Assembly (NCBI RefSeq): GCF_001194135.2
Contig: NC_068995.1
Span: 50,495,610 to 50,559,609, forward strand
DNA: 64,000 bases
Source: Octopus bimaculoides
Taxonomy: Eukaryota
Reading direction: 5' to 3'
Shown here: positions 11,891 to 25,956 of the stretch, in pieces
Position numbering within the stretch: position 1 is the stretch's first letter
How the letters are laid out: every line of letters starts with the position of its first letter
The notes under the pieces: model-generated
Told to the model about the DNA's origin: nothing
What the model saw: the letters and a program-made list of their open reading frames with translations, nothing else
The model's database searches: none
Program-made: the position numbers and the translations under genes

Positions 11891-13158
11891 TTTTGTGTCT
11901 AGATCAAAAATAATGACGATAATTCTTGTTGGAATATTATCTAAGTAGGACCTAATTAAAGCCAGCTAATTAAAATAGTTGTAGCATGCAGAAGATAACT
12001 AGAATTTAATATGAAACATGTAGAAAAAAATTTATATTGGAATTTCTTTTTTAAACGTTGCATGCAGCAGTTTGACAGAGAAAATAAAGGATTTTTTAAA
12101 TTTTTTTAAATAACATCAAAAAATATCACAATGTTGTTTCAAACATTTGTTCAAACAATAATAAAATTGTTAGGGATGCAGGAAGGCACAGGACCATCCA
12201 AAAGTTCAAATACAACCACCTAATCTGGCCTAAACTATTTTGTTCCAATGCACACACACACACACATAAAATAAAAAGTAAGCAACAAAATATATATATA
12301 TAGGGTAGATGCCCAAACAAGGCAGGGGGGAAATATGCCAACCAAATGCAAAATGAAGCACAGAGGGTAGGAGGAAGAAACGTGGTGGTGGGAGATGTGA
12401 GCACAAAGCATGCAGGTCTCAGATTTTGAGACAAACAAAACAAGGGAGTGCTTGAATGAACGAGGATAAGGGTTTCCAGGGAGAAAAACAAACAAAGGGT
12501 TGCAACAGAACTATTAGCAATGAACCAGTTTACCCATTTGCCACAACAGAAAGGAGAACTTATGTTATATTAAGAGCACCCAGGTGAGATAAGGAAAAGA
12601 GAAACGTGAGAGAAAAAAAAAAAGAAGAAAACCTAGTATAACTTCTAGCATGAACCAGTGTTTGGATCTTCATGCTCATGGTTTGAAACAGAGAATTCCT
12701 AAACAACTATATTCTTGGATGATTCTGCACATATCTCTAATAAATAGGTCAACTGAGGCAATGTAAAATAAAACATCTTGCCTCCAAGACACAATGAAAT
12801 GTTCGAAGGTGATTTGAACTCATGACCTCTGAGCAACTGGTACAATTCTTTATCCATTTGGTAATTCTATCTTTATAGGAAAGAAATTTAGCTTTCTTTG
12901 AATGTCTCAGAAAAGTAGCTACATCTGACTCGGTCACTTATAAGTTTGTTGAACTAAGCCCATGGCTAGTGTGTGTGGTCAAAAGGCCCTACATTCAACA
13001 GTAGTAGCACAGGGCAGTCAAATATTTTACTTAACTCATGGTACTAAGTTCAAGCCCTCATAAGGAGCATTGCCTTATGACAGAGGGGCATAGTCAGTAG
13101 CAGCCATCTTTAAATTAATTTTATCATCACCATGTTGATGTGGATCCAGTATGAATCA

Positions 13159-13197
<39 letters not shown>

Positions 13198-15773
13198 CAT
13201 ACAGATTGCTCTTACTACAGAGCATATAAGTTCTAAAGCAGACAGAGCTGCTGGTTCAATCTTAGGCTACAGTGAAATCTTACTTTGGCAATCTGTAAGA
13301 TTGTCTTTTAATGCATACATGGCTGTTGAAACTGTCAGCTATGAAACTTGGGCAGAACATTCTAGGGGTCAGTCATAGGTTTTTTTTCATTCAGTTTAAA
13401 TATGTTCTTTCCAAGGTAATATATTCCATGTTAAATGTGCATTCACATACCATTAATGGTACTTCAGGAATATTTTCCTTCATATGCAACCTGTATTGAA
13501 ACAACAATGTGTGTGGTTATAAATTGCACTGAAGGAAAATACAGTAACTCAGATACATTCCCAACAGTAACACGAAATATATTTTCGTTTAAAGTTTCTT
13601 TAAATTTATATAAAATTCTACTTTTGTTGTTGTCTTTAAATTGAATTTCATACTGGAAAAGTTAACTGGCAAATTTAGTTGATTGTAGTAATGGAGAATT
13701 CTTTCAAGGGAAATAACTTGTCTTCTTCCCCAGCAGATTCAAAGTTTGTGCTAGATTTATACGTATTTAAACAGGGCCATATGAAGTGAAACAGTTCAAC
13801 ATTTTAAACTAATTCTAAGAAAAAAAAAAGAAAAGGAAAAGTACTAATAAAAGACATAATTTGATTCAGTCTACCTTGTTCATTGCTTACCATGTTAATA
13901 AGTTATATGGCAAACAACTATAGCACTACGAGATAAATTGAAAACAAGAACTGTATATATAGAGAGCAGGCTGCATCAGACAGAACTAGCCAACTGGCAC
14001 AATGTTAAGAGTATTGAAACATGAAGGCAATAACAGCGGAACTTATGTCATACCCCTCTTCTGTATTCTGAGACACATTTGGGACATTTCTGTGACCACA
14101 AGTAGGGGAAACTAAAAGAACAAAAATTATTAGAAATACAAACACACACAAAGAACAAAACAAAACAAAAAATAAAGCAACAGAAGGCAGAAATACAAAT
14201 GTGAAGGGATTCAAGTAACAAATGACTCGTGTGTGATTTTATTACATAGAAGTGTTTCCATATTATTTACTTGAGTGCTAACAGCAGCAATAGAGTGAAG
14301 AAAAGTGGTTGTGATTATTGCTCTATGGAAAGGCATAAGCATCACAATTTTCTATTTCCTTTCTCAGAAACATTGATTTTCTAACTATACAGGGAAAATT
14401 TCTGAAGAGGATCATAATGTTGATTGATATTATATATCTGTGTTGAAATTACAACCTCCATATATGACTGTTTCTACAGCATTAGAAAGGTCATTAGGTA
14501 CACCAGTCAACTGATGCTACCAATTTCATTGCCAAGACATGACATGATTCCAATAGTAGTGCAAGCTAATAAAACATTCAACATCTCCCCCATGGCACCT
14601 TTTTACAGCTAGATTTACTGTGTAGCATCTGTGACAATGCTACACCACAAATGTAAGCTGGTGGCTCAACCAGAGCCCTTGAGGCTCAGCCACCAGGGTC
14701 TCTACATTTTAGGGTGCATCTCTTGATGTAAATTCTTCAGTAGTTTTGTGAAAAGATGAGATTCTAAAATTATTAGAGTCTTCTGAAATATCATCAAAAA
14801 ATTACAGGGATGGGGGAGAGGGCCAGAGAGAAAGAGAGAGAGAGAGAGAAGGACTTGTTGGCAGATAGCTAAACTCACTGGAAAAAGGCAACTTGACTGG
14901 AAGTTTATATAGGGCTGAAAAAAAGAAACCCCTCTCATGCATTAATACCACATTAATACATGGATATAAATAAATAATAAGTCTCTTTTAACCACATGGG
15001 TAGCATAAGCCTGCAATATTTATGTATGGATAGATAATATGGGCTCACGATATCTATTTATATACTACATATGTTGATAATATAGGTTAATATCACATGA
15101 GAAAATAAAGATTCATTATCTACTTATATTACATGGATGTATAGTACAGGTTAATATTATCTGTATATCCTATATGGGTAGATAATAAGAGCGCACATGT
15201 ATAAGTAATGCAAACTCCCTATTATCTACCCAAGCCACATGAATATAATACTGTCTGAGTTTTGTTATCTGTTGCAAACAATCACTTCTCTTTCTCTCTC
15301 TCGCAGTAATATTAACATTCATTATGAAATGCTTTCCTATTTTATAACAAATATTTTACATAATTTACTGTTTTTACATCTTCCAGGAACTTCCTTTTTT
15401 TTTTTTGTTTCTTTTGAAGATGTGAATAGGAACTGAACACCTGCCTCAAATACCCACCACACACATACAACAGGTGTATTAAGCTTTGATATTGGACAAG
15501 AAAACAAAGTATACGAACATATTTTTTTAAATATAAAAACCAGATGCATTCACATGTTTTATTTTAGGAATCTCTTGAAAAACCTTATGCTGAATATTGT
15601 AGTAAAATTTACTTTAATATTTTATAGCAACTCCAGACATATTTCAGAAACTCTCTCAAGCAGTTGCAAATATGAGTTCTTTCAAGAAAAAAGAAAATGA
15701 CAGAAAATATATTATTAGAATATCAGAAACAACTATGTCTGAAATTATAAACAAATAATTGATTCCAACTTAC

Positions 15774-15850
15774 CATCATCTGTTGTCATTTTGTTCCTTA
15801 ATTCAGTTTCAAGACGAGCCTGCCGATCTTCTAACTCTAATTCTTTAGCT
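15774..15850 (-). CDS. MICAL: MICAL bMERB exon: AKELELEDRQARLETELRNKMTTDD
   Basis: Acceptor cttttctgcag|A, donor G|gtaagt. 77 nt, phase 2 to 1. Not in the ORF track. Confidence 0.93.
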
Positions 15851-16160
15851 CTGCAGAAAAGAATTAAAATAGACTTAAATATGTAACTATGCTATCCTAT
15901 ATCCACCTGAATATATCAAAGAACATATGGCTACAGATTAAGAATATAAACAAACATTTTCAGATATTCTTGGAATTAATACAATCTGAAAGCAGACATA
16001 TAAGTCAAGTAAAAACAAAGAGTAATGATGGCTAAGAAGTACACACACAAAACACAGAATCACACATGAAACAATAGAAAAGTGAACATTAAGAGAATCA
16101 TACACTGCATGGAAGTGAATAACTTTCAAGAACCAACTCATAGATGCAGTTTATCAAACT

Positions 16161-16544
16161 CTTTTACCGGTTTCAGTCATTTGACTGCAGCCATGCTGGA
16201 GCACCACCTTTAGTCAAGCAAATCGACCCCAGGACTTATTATTTGGAAACCTAGTACTTATTCTATCGGTCTCTTTTGCTGAACCACTACATTACAGGGA
16301 CGTAAACACACCACCATCAGTTGTCAAACGATGCTGGGGGGGACAAACACAGACACACAAACATACACACATACATACATATACATACGACAGTCTTCTT
16401 TCAGTTTCCTTCCACCAAATCCACTCACAAGGCTTTGGTCAGCCCGAGGCTATAGTAGAAGACACTTGCCCAAAGTGCCACGCAGTGGGACTGAACCTGG
16501 AACCATGTGGTTGGTAAGCAAGCTAGTTACCCCACAGCCACTCC
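16161..16544 (-). mobile_element. SINE family A copy
   Basis: Near full length, homologous to 56678-57116. Confidence 0.85.
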
Positions 16545-17321
16545 TATATATTTATTTTTGTCTATTACAAGTGCATTATCTCCTTAAAAAGGTGCTTCAG
16601 AGAACCCCGACTACCAACTCCTGAAACTTCTTTACTCAGTGTGTATCATCCATTTGCAACACAAACCCTATACTGGCAAACCATTTATTTCTTATACACA
16701 CAAGCAACAATCAATATCTTTCTTTGATTTTTCACTTGATATCTGAATGTTTGATTTGTCCTCTGAATTCACTTTGCACATCTAAAAGTCTACACTTCTC
16801 TTATTTCCATCCAACCATTGCAGACTTTCTGTGTTTAATGAGAAGAATCATCATTTAACGTCCGTGTTCCATGTTATAACATGGGTTGGATGGTACCACA
16901 AAAGCCAGCCAAGCCGAAGCCTGTGCCAGACTTCTGTGACTGTTTTAGCAGGATTTTTACAGCTGGATGCCCTTCCTAACACCAACCACTCAGCAGAGTG
17001 GACTTAGTGCTTTTTACGTGGGACAAACACAGGCGAGGTTATTGCATACAGTGCTCAGGTAGACTATGATTCATCAGAAAATGTTAAAAATGGGGATACA
17101 AAGCAGATATATAAGTCAAACAGACAAAGAAAAAACCAAAACCTGCCACTCCATCACTTATGACAATGAGTTTTCCAACTGACCCAATCAAAGGAACAGC
17201 CTGCTTGTAAAATTAGCATGCAAGTGGCTGAACGCTCCACAAACACGCATAACTTCATTGTGGTTCTCAGGGAGATTCAACGTGACAAGGGTGGCTCTTT
17301 TTGAATTACAGGTACAACTCA

Positions 17322-17920
17322 TCAAGGGGAATATGAAAGAAATTGGAATGGAGTGCTCAGTAGAACTGTTACAAAAGGTTTGCCTCCTGGCATGGCCAGA
17401 ATAATCAGGAAGGTACTAGATAGCCGAAAAGAATGGATAGCATGGCACCGTAGGCTGCAGGTAGCAAGCCTGCTACACATGCAAGATTCCAGGAACTCTA
17501 ACAAAACCTGTGACAAAGAGAAGTAATTGTTATATAGTTGATGTTGCATACTCCTTTGACCCATGAATAGTCAAGAAGGAAAGTGAAAAGATAGATAAAT
17601 ACAACCCCCTTAAGTACGAAATAGCTTGGCTATGGAAAATGAAGAAAGCAAAGATAGTGCCAATTATTGTTGGTTCCTTGAGGACAGTATTAGAAGGCAT
17701 CAAGAGAAATATAAAGGAAATTGGAACAGAGTGCCCAGTAGAACTGTTACAAAAGGTTTGTCTCCTTGGCATGACCAGAATAATCAAGAAAGTGTTAGAT
17801 AGTTGAAAAGAACAAATAGCATGGTACCATAGGCTGCAGGCAGCAAGCCTGCTATGCATGAAAGACTCCAAAAGTTCCAACAAAACTGGAGTTGAAAAGA
17901 ATAAGTAATAATAATAACAG
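17322..17920 (+). mobile_element. Two tandem 5'-truncated 3' ends of an RLE-clade (R4/Dong/HERO-like) non-LTR retrotransposon
   Basis: 17534-17806 reads IVDVAYSFDP*IVKKESEKIDKYNPLKYEIAWLWKMKKAKIVPIIVGSL...LLQKVCLLGMTRIIKKVLDS*, the restriction-like endonuclease tail. 17322-17525 is a shorter diverged copy, and the second copy ends in TAA repeats. Confidence 0.75.
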
Positions 17921-17974
17921 TAATGATGACGGATGTGATGACAATGACAGCAAAATGAAGTAAAAGACACTTAC

Positions 17975-18071
17975 TGCACCATAAGTTCAGATTCATAACG
18001 AAGTAGAACGTTCTTCTCGTGTACAAGATTGAACCATTCTTGCATGAGTTCACCCTCGTTTCGACCAGCTT
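17975..18071 (-). CDS. MICAL: MICAL bMERB exon: EAGRNEGELMQEWFNLVHEKNVLLRYESELMV(Q)
   Basis: Acceptor ttcctacag|AA, donor CA|gtaagt. 97 nt, carries the LMQEWFxLVxEKN bMERB motif. Confidence 0.95.
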
Positions 18072-18084
18072 CTGTAGGAATAAA

Positions 18085-18171
18085 AGGTAGAGAGAGAGAT
18101 ATAGACATAGGGAGAGAGAGGAAGAGAATGTCTAAAAAAATAGTTGAGAGAGAGACAGACAAAAAGACAGG

Positions 18172-18240
<69 letters not shown>
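18085..18240. repeat. (GA)n microsatellite immediately upstream (transcript sense) of exon 17975-18071; similar tracts at 18700-18950, 36825-36915, 58437-58580 and 61080-61300
   Basis: Direct inspection. Confidence 0.95.
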
Positions 18241-18243
<3 letters not shown>

Positions 18244-18717
18244 TAGATGAAAAAATGTTTAGAGTGAGGGTGAGAGATGTATCTCAATGGTTATAAATAG
18301 ATTAATGGTAACATGTACATGAGGATTATAGACCCAAGTGAAGCGAGTTCCTTTCTACAGTAATAAATGGAACTCAGTTAAAGGATCTTCACTGTGGACA
18401 AAATTAACAAAGGAAAAAACAAAAGAAAATATTATTGATTATAAATTCATTGATTAATGATTTATTTAAAGGTGTTGCCTTAATGAAATGAGGCTAAATA
18501 TTTTTGCTCATGGGATGCAATCCAAATCAGTACCTGCAATAGAATATGAACTCGTGACCAATGCACCTATCAACCAGTGTGGTAGTCATCTCTTCTGCCA
18601 CTACTATAAAGTGATGAGATGATAATATTCAGACACACATGTGACGATATTATTAATAAAAGATGTAGATAAAATGAGAAAAGAGAGAAACAGATGGAGG
18701 TGGAGGCAAATAAAAGC

Positions 18718-18755
<38 letters not shown>

Positions 18756-19025
18756 TTACATAGATAAGTGGAGAGAGAGAGAGAGAGACAGTGAGAGAGA
18801 AAGAGTCAGTGAGAGAGAGAGAGTCAGTGAGAGAGACAGAGTAAGAGAGAGAGAGAGAGACAGAGTAAGAGAGAGAGAGAGAGACAGAGAGTGAGTTAGA
18901 TAGATATGTGGAGAGAGAAAGTTACAATGCTAAGTGGAGAGAGAGAGAACAATACAGAGGGAGAAAGATACATAGGTAAGGTAAGGAGAGACAGAGAGGG
19001 AGATGAAATGAAGGAAAATTCAATG

Positions 19026-19231
19026 CCTTTAGCATTCACACCAATTATATCCAGCTTAAATATTCCATCTGTTTACGTTCAGAGTGGCCAGATCCAGCCT
19101 CTCACACCGAACCTTACAATGTCATTCTAAAAATAACAATCACGTGATTGAAATCTTGAAGCTATGATTAATTCAAAACAGTGAGAATAATTAAGCTTTA
19201 CATTTGGCAGAATAATCTGAACGCTAAAGGG
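19026..19231. mobile_element. TTAA-type MITE family 1, copy 2
   Basis: TIRs cctttagcatt/aacgctaaaggg. Internal sequence homologous to the 4961 and 44885 copies. Confidence 0.7.
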
Positions 19232-19269
19232 TTTAAACAATATGTCATAATCATTTATAACACAGACAT

Positions 19270-19813
19270 GGGGCCACAGATTTTGAGAGTGGTGCACAGT
19301 CCAATTGCATAACTGGTACTTAATTTATCGACCCCGAAGCAATGAAAGGCAAAGTCAACCTCAGCAGAATTTGAACTCAGAATGTAAAGACAGATGAAAT
19401 GATGCTAAACATTTTGTCTCGCATGCTAATGATTCTGCCAGGCAAAATGCTTAGTGGTATTTCATCTGTCTTTACGTTCTGAGATCAAATTCCACCAAAG
19501 TCGTCTTTGCCTTTCATCCCTTTGGGGTCAGTAAATTAAGTACCAGTTGATCTAATCGACTGGCTCCCCCACCTCCCCAAAAATTTCAGCCCTTGTGCCT
19601 GGAGTAGAAAAGAATAATTGTAATAATAACAATTCTTTCTACGAAAGGCATAAGGCTTGAAATTTTGGGGGAGGGGACTAGTCAATTATATTGACCCCAA
19701 AAGGATGAAAGGCATAGCCTAGCTCGGCGGAATTTGAACGCAGAAGGTAAGGACGGACAAAATACCACTAAGCATTTCGCCTGACGTGCTAAAGACTCTG
19801 CCAGTTTGCCACC

Positions 19814-19845
<32 letters not shown>

Positions 19846-20060
19846 CATAATAATCATAATTTTTACAATAGGCATGAGGCCTGAAATTTTAGGGAGAGGG
19901 GCTTAATTGATTACATTGATCCCAGGACTTGGATAGCACTTTATTTCATCAACCCTGAAAGATGAAGGGCAAAGCTGACCCCAGCTCTATTCACACCCAG
20001 AACAAAGAGAACCAGAAGAACTGCCACTGAGCATTTTGTCTGGTGCTCAAATGGTTCTGC
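19270..20060. mobile_element. Cluster of four SINE family B copies (core ggtcaactttgcctttcatcc...ataaattaagtaccag, Deu/Nin-domain-like), orientations -,+,-,-
   Basis: Mutual homology visible. Other family B copies at 11340-11600 (-), 11600-11790 (-), 11800-11890 (+), 36150-36280 (+) and 46178-46400 (+). Confidence 0.8.
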
Positions 20061-20960
20061 CCACTTTTCCCCCCTTTACAATAACAACAGCCACAACAAC
20101 AAGAAATGGTCATAGGCAAGTTCAGTCTTCATGTGTCAAGTGTTTCATTTCTATGATTACAACACAGAAGAAATACAACATAACAATCTATATTTACAGA
20201 ACAACAACATCAACATGGAACAACTAAAAGAGGGGTATCTGATTAACAAACAACAGCAGCAACAACAACAACAACAACAACAATGATGGCAACAACAGAA
20301 ATGCTAACAACACAAAACAAGTGAGCAAAACAGAAATGAGGACCTCAACTGGTCAATAAACCCAACACGACAACAACAACAAAAAAAAAAGAAAAAGAAA
20401 AAAGAGGGGAGTGAGGAGGAGACCTGTTTATGTATATTAATGATTAGAATGGTATTGAGTGAAACTGATTGAGGAATTTCACTGTAACAATTCACCGGAA
20501 CCAACAACAACAAGAATAAGAGTTCAAAGGGTCCGGAACTGTCCAGTTATATATACCACAACCACAATACAAGAAACGAACAGAAAGATTGAGACCATTA
20601 AGAAATCATACGAAGGAAGTGGGTATTGATGAGTGGTTTATGTGATTATTAATTATTCCTTTATTTACATATTTTTTTAAAAAATTAAATGATCATGCCA
20701 AAAAAAAAAAAAAAAAAAAAAAAGTAGAAATTTGGTATTTGGAACTATGTACAAATTGTGCAAAAGGGCTGAGGTAACCCTGTATTATTTGCAAAACTGA
20801 ATTGGATGTAGTTGACATTTAATGTCTACAGCACAGTGCTGAAGTTGTAAAAGCCAAAATATTGAAGTCTTTTTTCATAAAGATTAAGTTTGTTCAATGT
20901 ATTACAACACACTCACTTCTCAATTTGCTGATGTATACAGTGGATACAAAGACCAACTGA

Positions 20961-21009
<49 letters not shown>

Positions 21010-21034
21010 TATATAAGCATACATATATATACAT

Positions 21035-21081
<47 letters not shown>

Positions 21082-21638
21082 TACATACACACATATATAT
21101 ACACACACACACATCTATATATACACATACATACATACATACATTAATAAAAACAGACACATATAAATATATTTGCAAATAGTAAGGGATTATTCCAGAC
21201 GTTTACTGGTTTGCTCTCAGGTATATATATATATAATTTATATATAGAAAGAATTAAAGGTAATGCTACATGACTTTGTAATAATCCTTATTATTATTAT
21301 TGTTGTTGACATATATAAATCTATAGATATTTACCGTACACATTTCTAACATAAGAGTGCATTGAACATGGAGTTTTACCACAAAATCAACACACACACA
21401 CACACACACGTCTTTCATACGTCATTGTATGATGAACCCTGACACATCATCAGTAATGTTTGCTGGGGTTATTGGGTGTTTTTGGTGACACCCTCACCCA
21501 AGTGACTCAGCCAAGGTGAATCAAGTCCCAACTTGTGTCTAGTTAGCATCCCCCACTTCCAAGGTCCCTACCTCCTGATCTACAGTCACCTTGTGGCAAA
21601 CCCCTGCTACTGGCATAACCAACTACACATTCACAGAC

Positions 21639-21695
<57 letters not shown>

Positions 21696-21700
21696 TATAT

Positions 21701-21930
21701 TCTTTTATTTGTTTCAGTCGTTTGACTGCGGCCAGGCTGGGGCACCACCTTAAAGGGTTTTTTAGTCAAAGAAATTGACTCCCAGGACTTATTCTTTGTA
21801 AGCCTTGTACTTATTCTATCTGTCTCTTTTGCCGAACCGTTAAGTTACGGGGACGTAAACACACCAGCATCAGTTGTTAAGCAATGGTGGGGAACAGACA
21901 CAAACACACACATAACTACATACACACACA
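21701..21930 (-). mobile_element. SINE family A, 3' half
   Basis: Tail homologous to 56678-56880. Confidence 0.75.
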
Positions 21931-22214
21931 CATACACACGTGCATTATTTATCTCGCAATAAATTTTCCTGGCTGTTCCGGAACAAAATCTGATAAACTT
22001 TTAAAGAAGAAACGTTTCCATGATTCATGAATCAGTTAATTACTCGATGTGCAGAAGCTGCTATTGTCATTGGACAAGATGACGTGGACAGCATGAAACA
22101 TGACCAAATAAGGTCAAAGCTTAAGCTGACTAAGATGTGAGGAAAGGTCAGAGTGTCACGGTACTCTCTCTCTCCTTTATGTGTGTGTGTGTGTGTATAC
22201 ACACACCTTCACTT

Positions 22215-22619
22215 GCTTTAAGTCATTGCATTGCAGCTATGCTGGAGCCCCTTCTTATAGGGTCAGTCAAACAAATTGATCGCAATACTTATTCTACTGG
22301 TCTCTTTAAGGATAGTTTATCACTAGATTACAGGGATGTAAACTAACACCAGCTCTGAAGTAGTGGTGGTTGTTGTGGGACAAACATTAACACAAAAACA
22401 TAGAGACAAAACATATACACACATACCTACATACATACACACAAACACACATTTATCTATGCCAAGCTTCCACATAGTTTCCATATACCACATTCACTCA
22501 GAAAGCATTGGTCAGCCTGAGACTGTTGCAGACAACTTGCTCAAGGTGCTATGCAGTGGGACTGAACCTGAAACCATGTGGCTGTGAAGTCAACTTCTTA
22601 ACCACACAGCCATGCCTAT
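22215..22619 (-). mobile_element. SINE family A copy (diverged)
   Basis: Head and tail homology. Confidence 0.7.
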
Positions 22620-23160
22620 GTCTAATATGAAATTTCTGTTCCTTCTAAAATGGAAACAATTAAACAATGAGAATAATTTCTTCTTAGATAGGGATAGAAA
22701 GCTCAAGATTTCTTTTAAGATGTGACATTCTTGCTTTCCCCCCAAAATGTAAGAAATACCAACAATCATAATAGGAACAAACAATGACAACATCAACACA
22801 AATTTAAATAAATAACCAATTTTTCAATAATACAACATCAAATGTTGGTGGTTAATTAAGATGTCCATGTTTAAAGAATGCAAACGAAACCAAGGCAGGC
22901 AACTGCGTAAAGGATAAGGTAAGAATGTAATTGTTGCTTAGACAAAGGGTGTCTTTCACTGTGGTCAAAGAATGGAGACAAATGACAACGGAGACACGAC
23001 AATGAAATGAAATGAAAAAACAACAAAAACAATAACAACAACAGGGAATAAGTTCATGAAGAAAAGGAAAAATTAACGAAAGAAAATGGTTATGAAAGAA
23101 ATAAACTGGCAGTGACAATGATGAAACAAGGATTGAAATACTTTGCGACACAGAGTAAAT

Positions 23161-23410
<250 letters not shown>

Positions 23411-23821
23411 TGTTGAAGAGGTCAAAATTTGTGTCTGGCAGACAATAAAAAATATCTTACTTTGTTGTCCTTTGAGAAGGGTTGAAATCTGGTTGATTCC
23501 TCTTCCTGAAATATAAGGTAGACCACCCAATATTGCAGACATAGGGTCTCAAATATGCATTTGAAATAATATCAAATTTTAAGTGAGAACACTTTTAGCA
23601 TAGTTTCTTTGAAATGCACTTTAACACCACCACCACCCCTCCCATCGCTATTACAACCACAACAACCACAACCATTGCTTCCAAACAACAACAGCAATAA
23701 CTTTAATATGTTAAAGGAAATATCAAACAATAATAATAGAACAAAGATGTTTCCATGAGAACAAGTTAGAAAAACAATTTCAAATTTACCATCTTTGTAA
23801 TAGTATTTTTTTTTACCACAA

Positions 23822-23911
<90 letters not shown>
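23822..23911. repeat. Perfect (CA)n microsatellite
   Basis: Direct inspection. Confidence 0.95.
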
Positions 23912-23914
<3 letters not shown>

Positions 23915-24169
23915 ATATTTAGAATTTTTAAACAAGGGAATTTGAGAATTTTTCTTTTTAAATCAGACATTTTTAAATGGAAGCAAAATATAATTTTATA
24001 TATTTTTTCCAAATGAATTTAATTCTGAACTCATATAATGAAATTTAGTGTTAGACAAGATTCTTTTGCCAAGGTAATAATAATAATAGAGTGGGTAGAG
24101 GGAAGCATATATAATAATTCATCATAGGTTTACATGTAAGAAATTATATTTGGGACACACACACATACT

Positions 24170-24218
<49 letters not shown>

Positions 24219-25956
24219 CACAAGCGCATACATATATGCAAACAGAGGGAGTGAGAGAGAAGGGGGAAAGAAAGAAAGAGAGGAAACAATAAATCAAATA
24301 AAGAAAACGCTGTTTGGCATGAAGTGAAATGAATATTAAAAAATACAACATATTTAATCATTTCTGTAAACTAATCAGATTAAACAAATTTCAAGTTGTT
24401 TCAATAAAAAAAAAATTAAAATTAAATCAATAAAAAGGGAAATTTAACATCACAAACTCAATATTTTTTATCTGTAAATAACATTTGTATTGTTGAGCCA
24501 TTTTGGAGCTTTGGAAGCTAGCTATATGGTTAGGGCCACCAGAGAAAACTGCCAAATCACTGTTGCCTTTTAACCATTTTAACTATTGTTTTTGTTATTT
24601 TTTGGTGTCATTTTTTTAAAACAAAGATTCTAGCTGTTTTTAAGAGATAAAGGTTCACAGAGAAAATATTTCACATTTTGATGTCCCTATCCAATGATAA
24701 CTTCTTATCTCATGTGTATGTGTGAGTGTTTGTTTGTGGTGGGAAAGTGAGTAATGACAGCCAGATACTGAAGTATGTTTCTTTAAAGTACTGTTTGATA
24801 TTTATTTTACTTCATGCAACCTACTAGCATATTCTACTTTATGGACCTAGTAGTAGATCTTTCTAATTATGTATCTGAGATTGTGCAAGAGGGAATCAGG
24901 GACAAATAGGTGGTTACATTTAAGGCTTCTAAGGTCAACCTAATATCTTTCCTGAAATTGTCCCTATTTTGATTGATAGGACTTTTTTTTAAATCATTTC
25001 CTTGTCTGGATAGGATTTTAATTAACACCTTATTTGAGATAAGTCTACTACATTACAACTGCTGCCAGGTTGGCAGCTAGAATTGTGTGTTCAGTGTACT
25101 ACTCAGAAAACTTCCTAACACTTGAAACCCTATTGTATCTCTACAAGTTCTGTGCCCAGTTTTTCCCCAAATGTATTATTGCTCATTATTTACATTGATT
25201 ACGGAAAATATGTTCTGTCCACTTTTTGGTAGAGTGCATTATCTGGCTGATGATGAGAGCATTAAGACATCATTCCAATCACACTATCAAGGTTTTTTCA
25301 CGTTTTTGTTTTGTACAACTATTTCTATGAAATATGTTCCATTCCTTGATTCGTGTGTCCAAGAATTTTCCATCAGATGTTGGTTTACCTAATTTAGCAA
25401 ATCATGACTACTTCCTAAATATCTCACAGACACAATCTAAGTTCCTTGCACAAAGCTTTATCCCCCCACCCACACCAAAACAGCAGAATTTCAAAAAACA
25501 AAAACAGCCCCCCACCATCTCTCTCCTTTCATGGTTTTCCATGCACAAAATGACTTTGAGCCCTGTAAGTTCAGGTTAGCAATACCTTGCTTAATATTGG
25601 TGCTTTTATTTGAAAATCTTTATCAGTTCTCTTACCATCTCATTTTATTTATTTCTTTAATTTCATCTTTCCTATTTTTTATTGCTACCAATTCTTTTTA
25701 TCATCATCTCTTACATATCCCAAAGTAATTGTCGACCTAAGTAAAAAGAAATAATCTAACAGGAAATTTAAACCTGCCTACTGATTCAGTGTATCCTGAT
25801 TATAATGGAAATAAGTACAATATATACAGATATATAGATATATATGTTGTAAAGTGGGTTTCTCTCACTGGTGTGATGTGTGACTGCCGTTATACTGTAG
25901 TTGCTGTTTTACACTAGTAGCCACAATAGTTACTAGTTAGCGGACACTAACTTCTT

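Noticed and set aside
20227-20348. Acceptor at 20350-49 would add a hydrophobic, tail-anchor-like C-terminus (VEVLISVLL...LLLFVNQIPLF*)
   Set aside because: The hydrophobicity comes from a (TTG)n microsatellite, and nothing else supports an exon.
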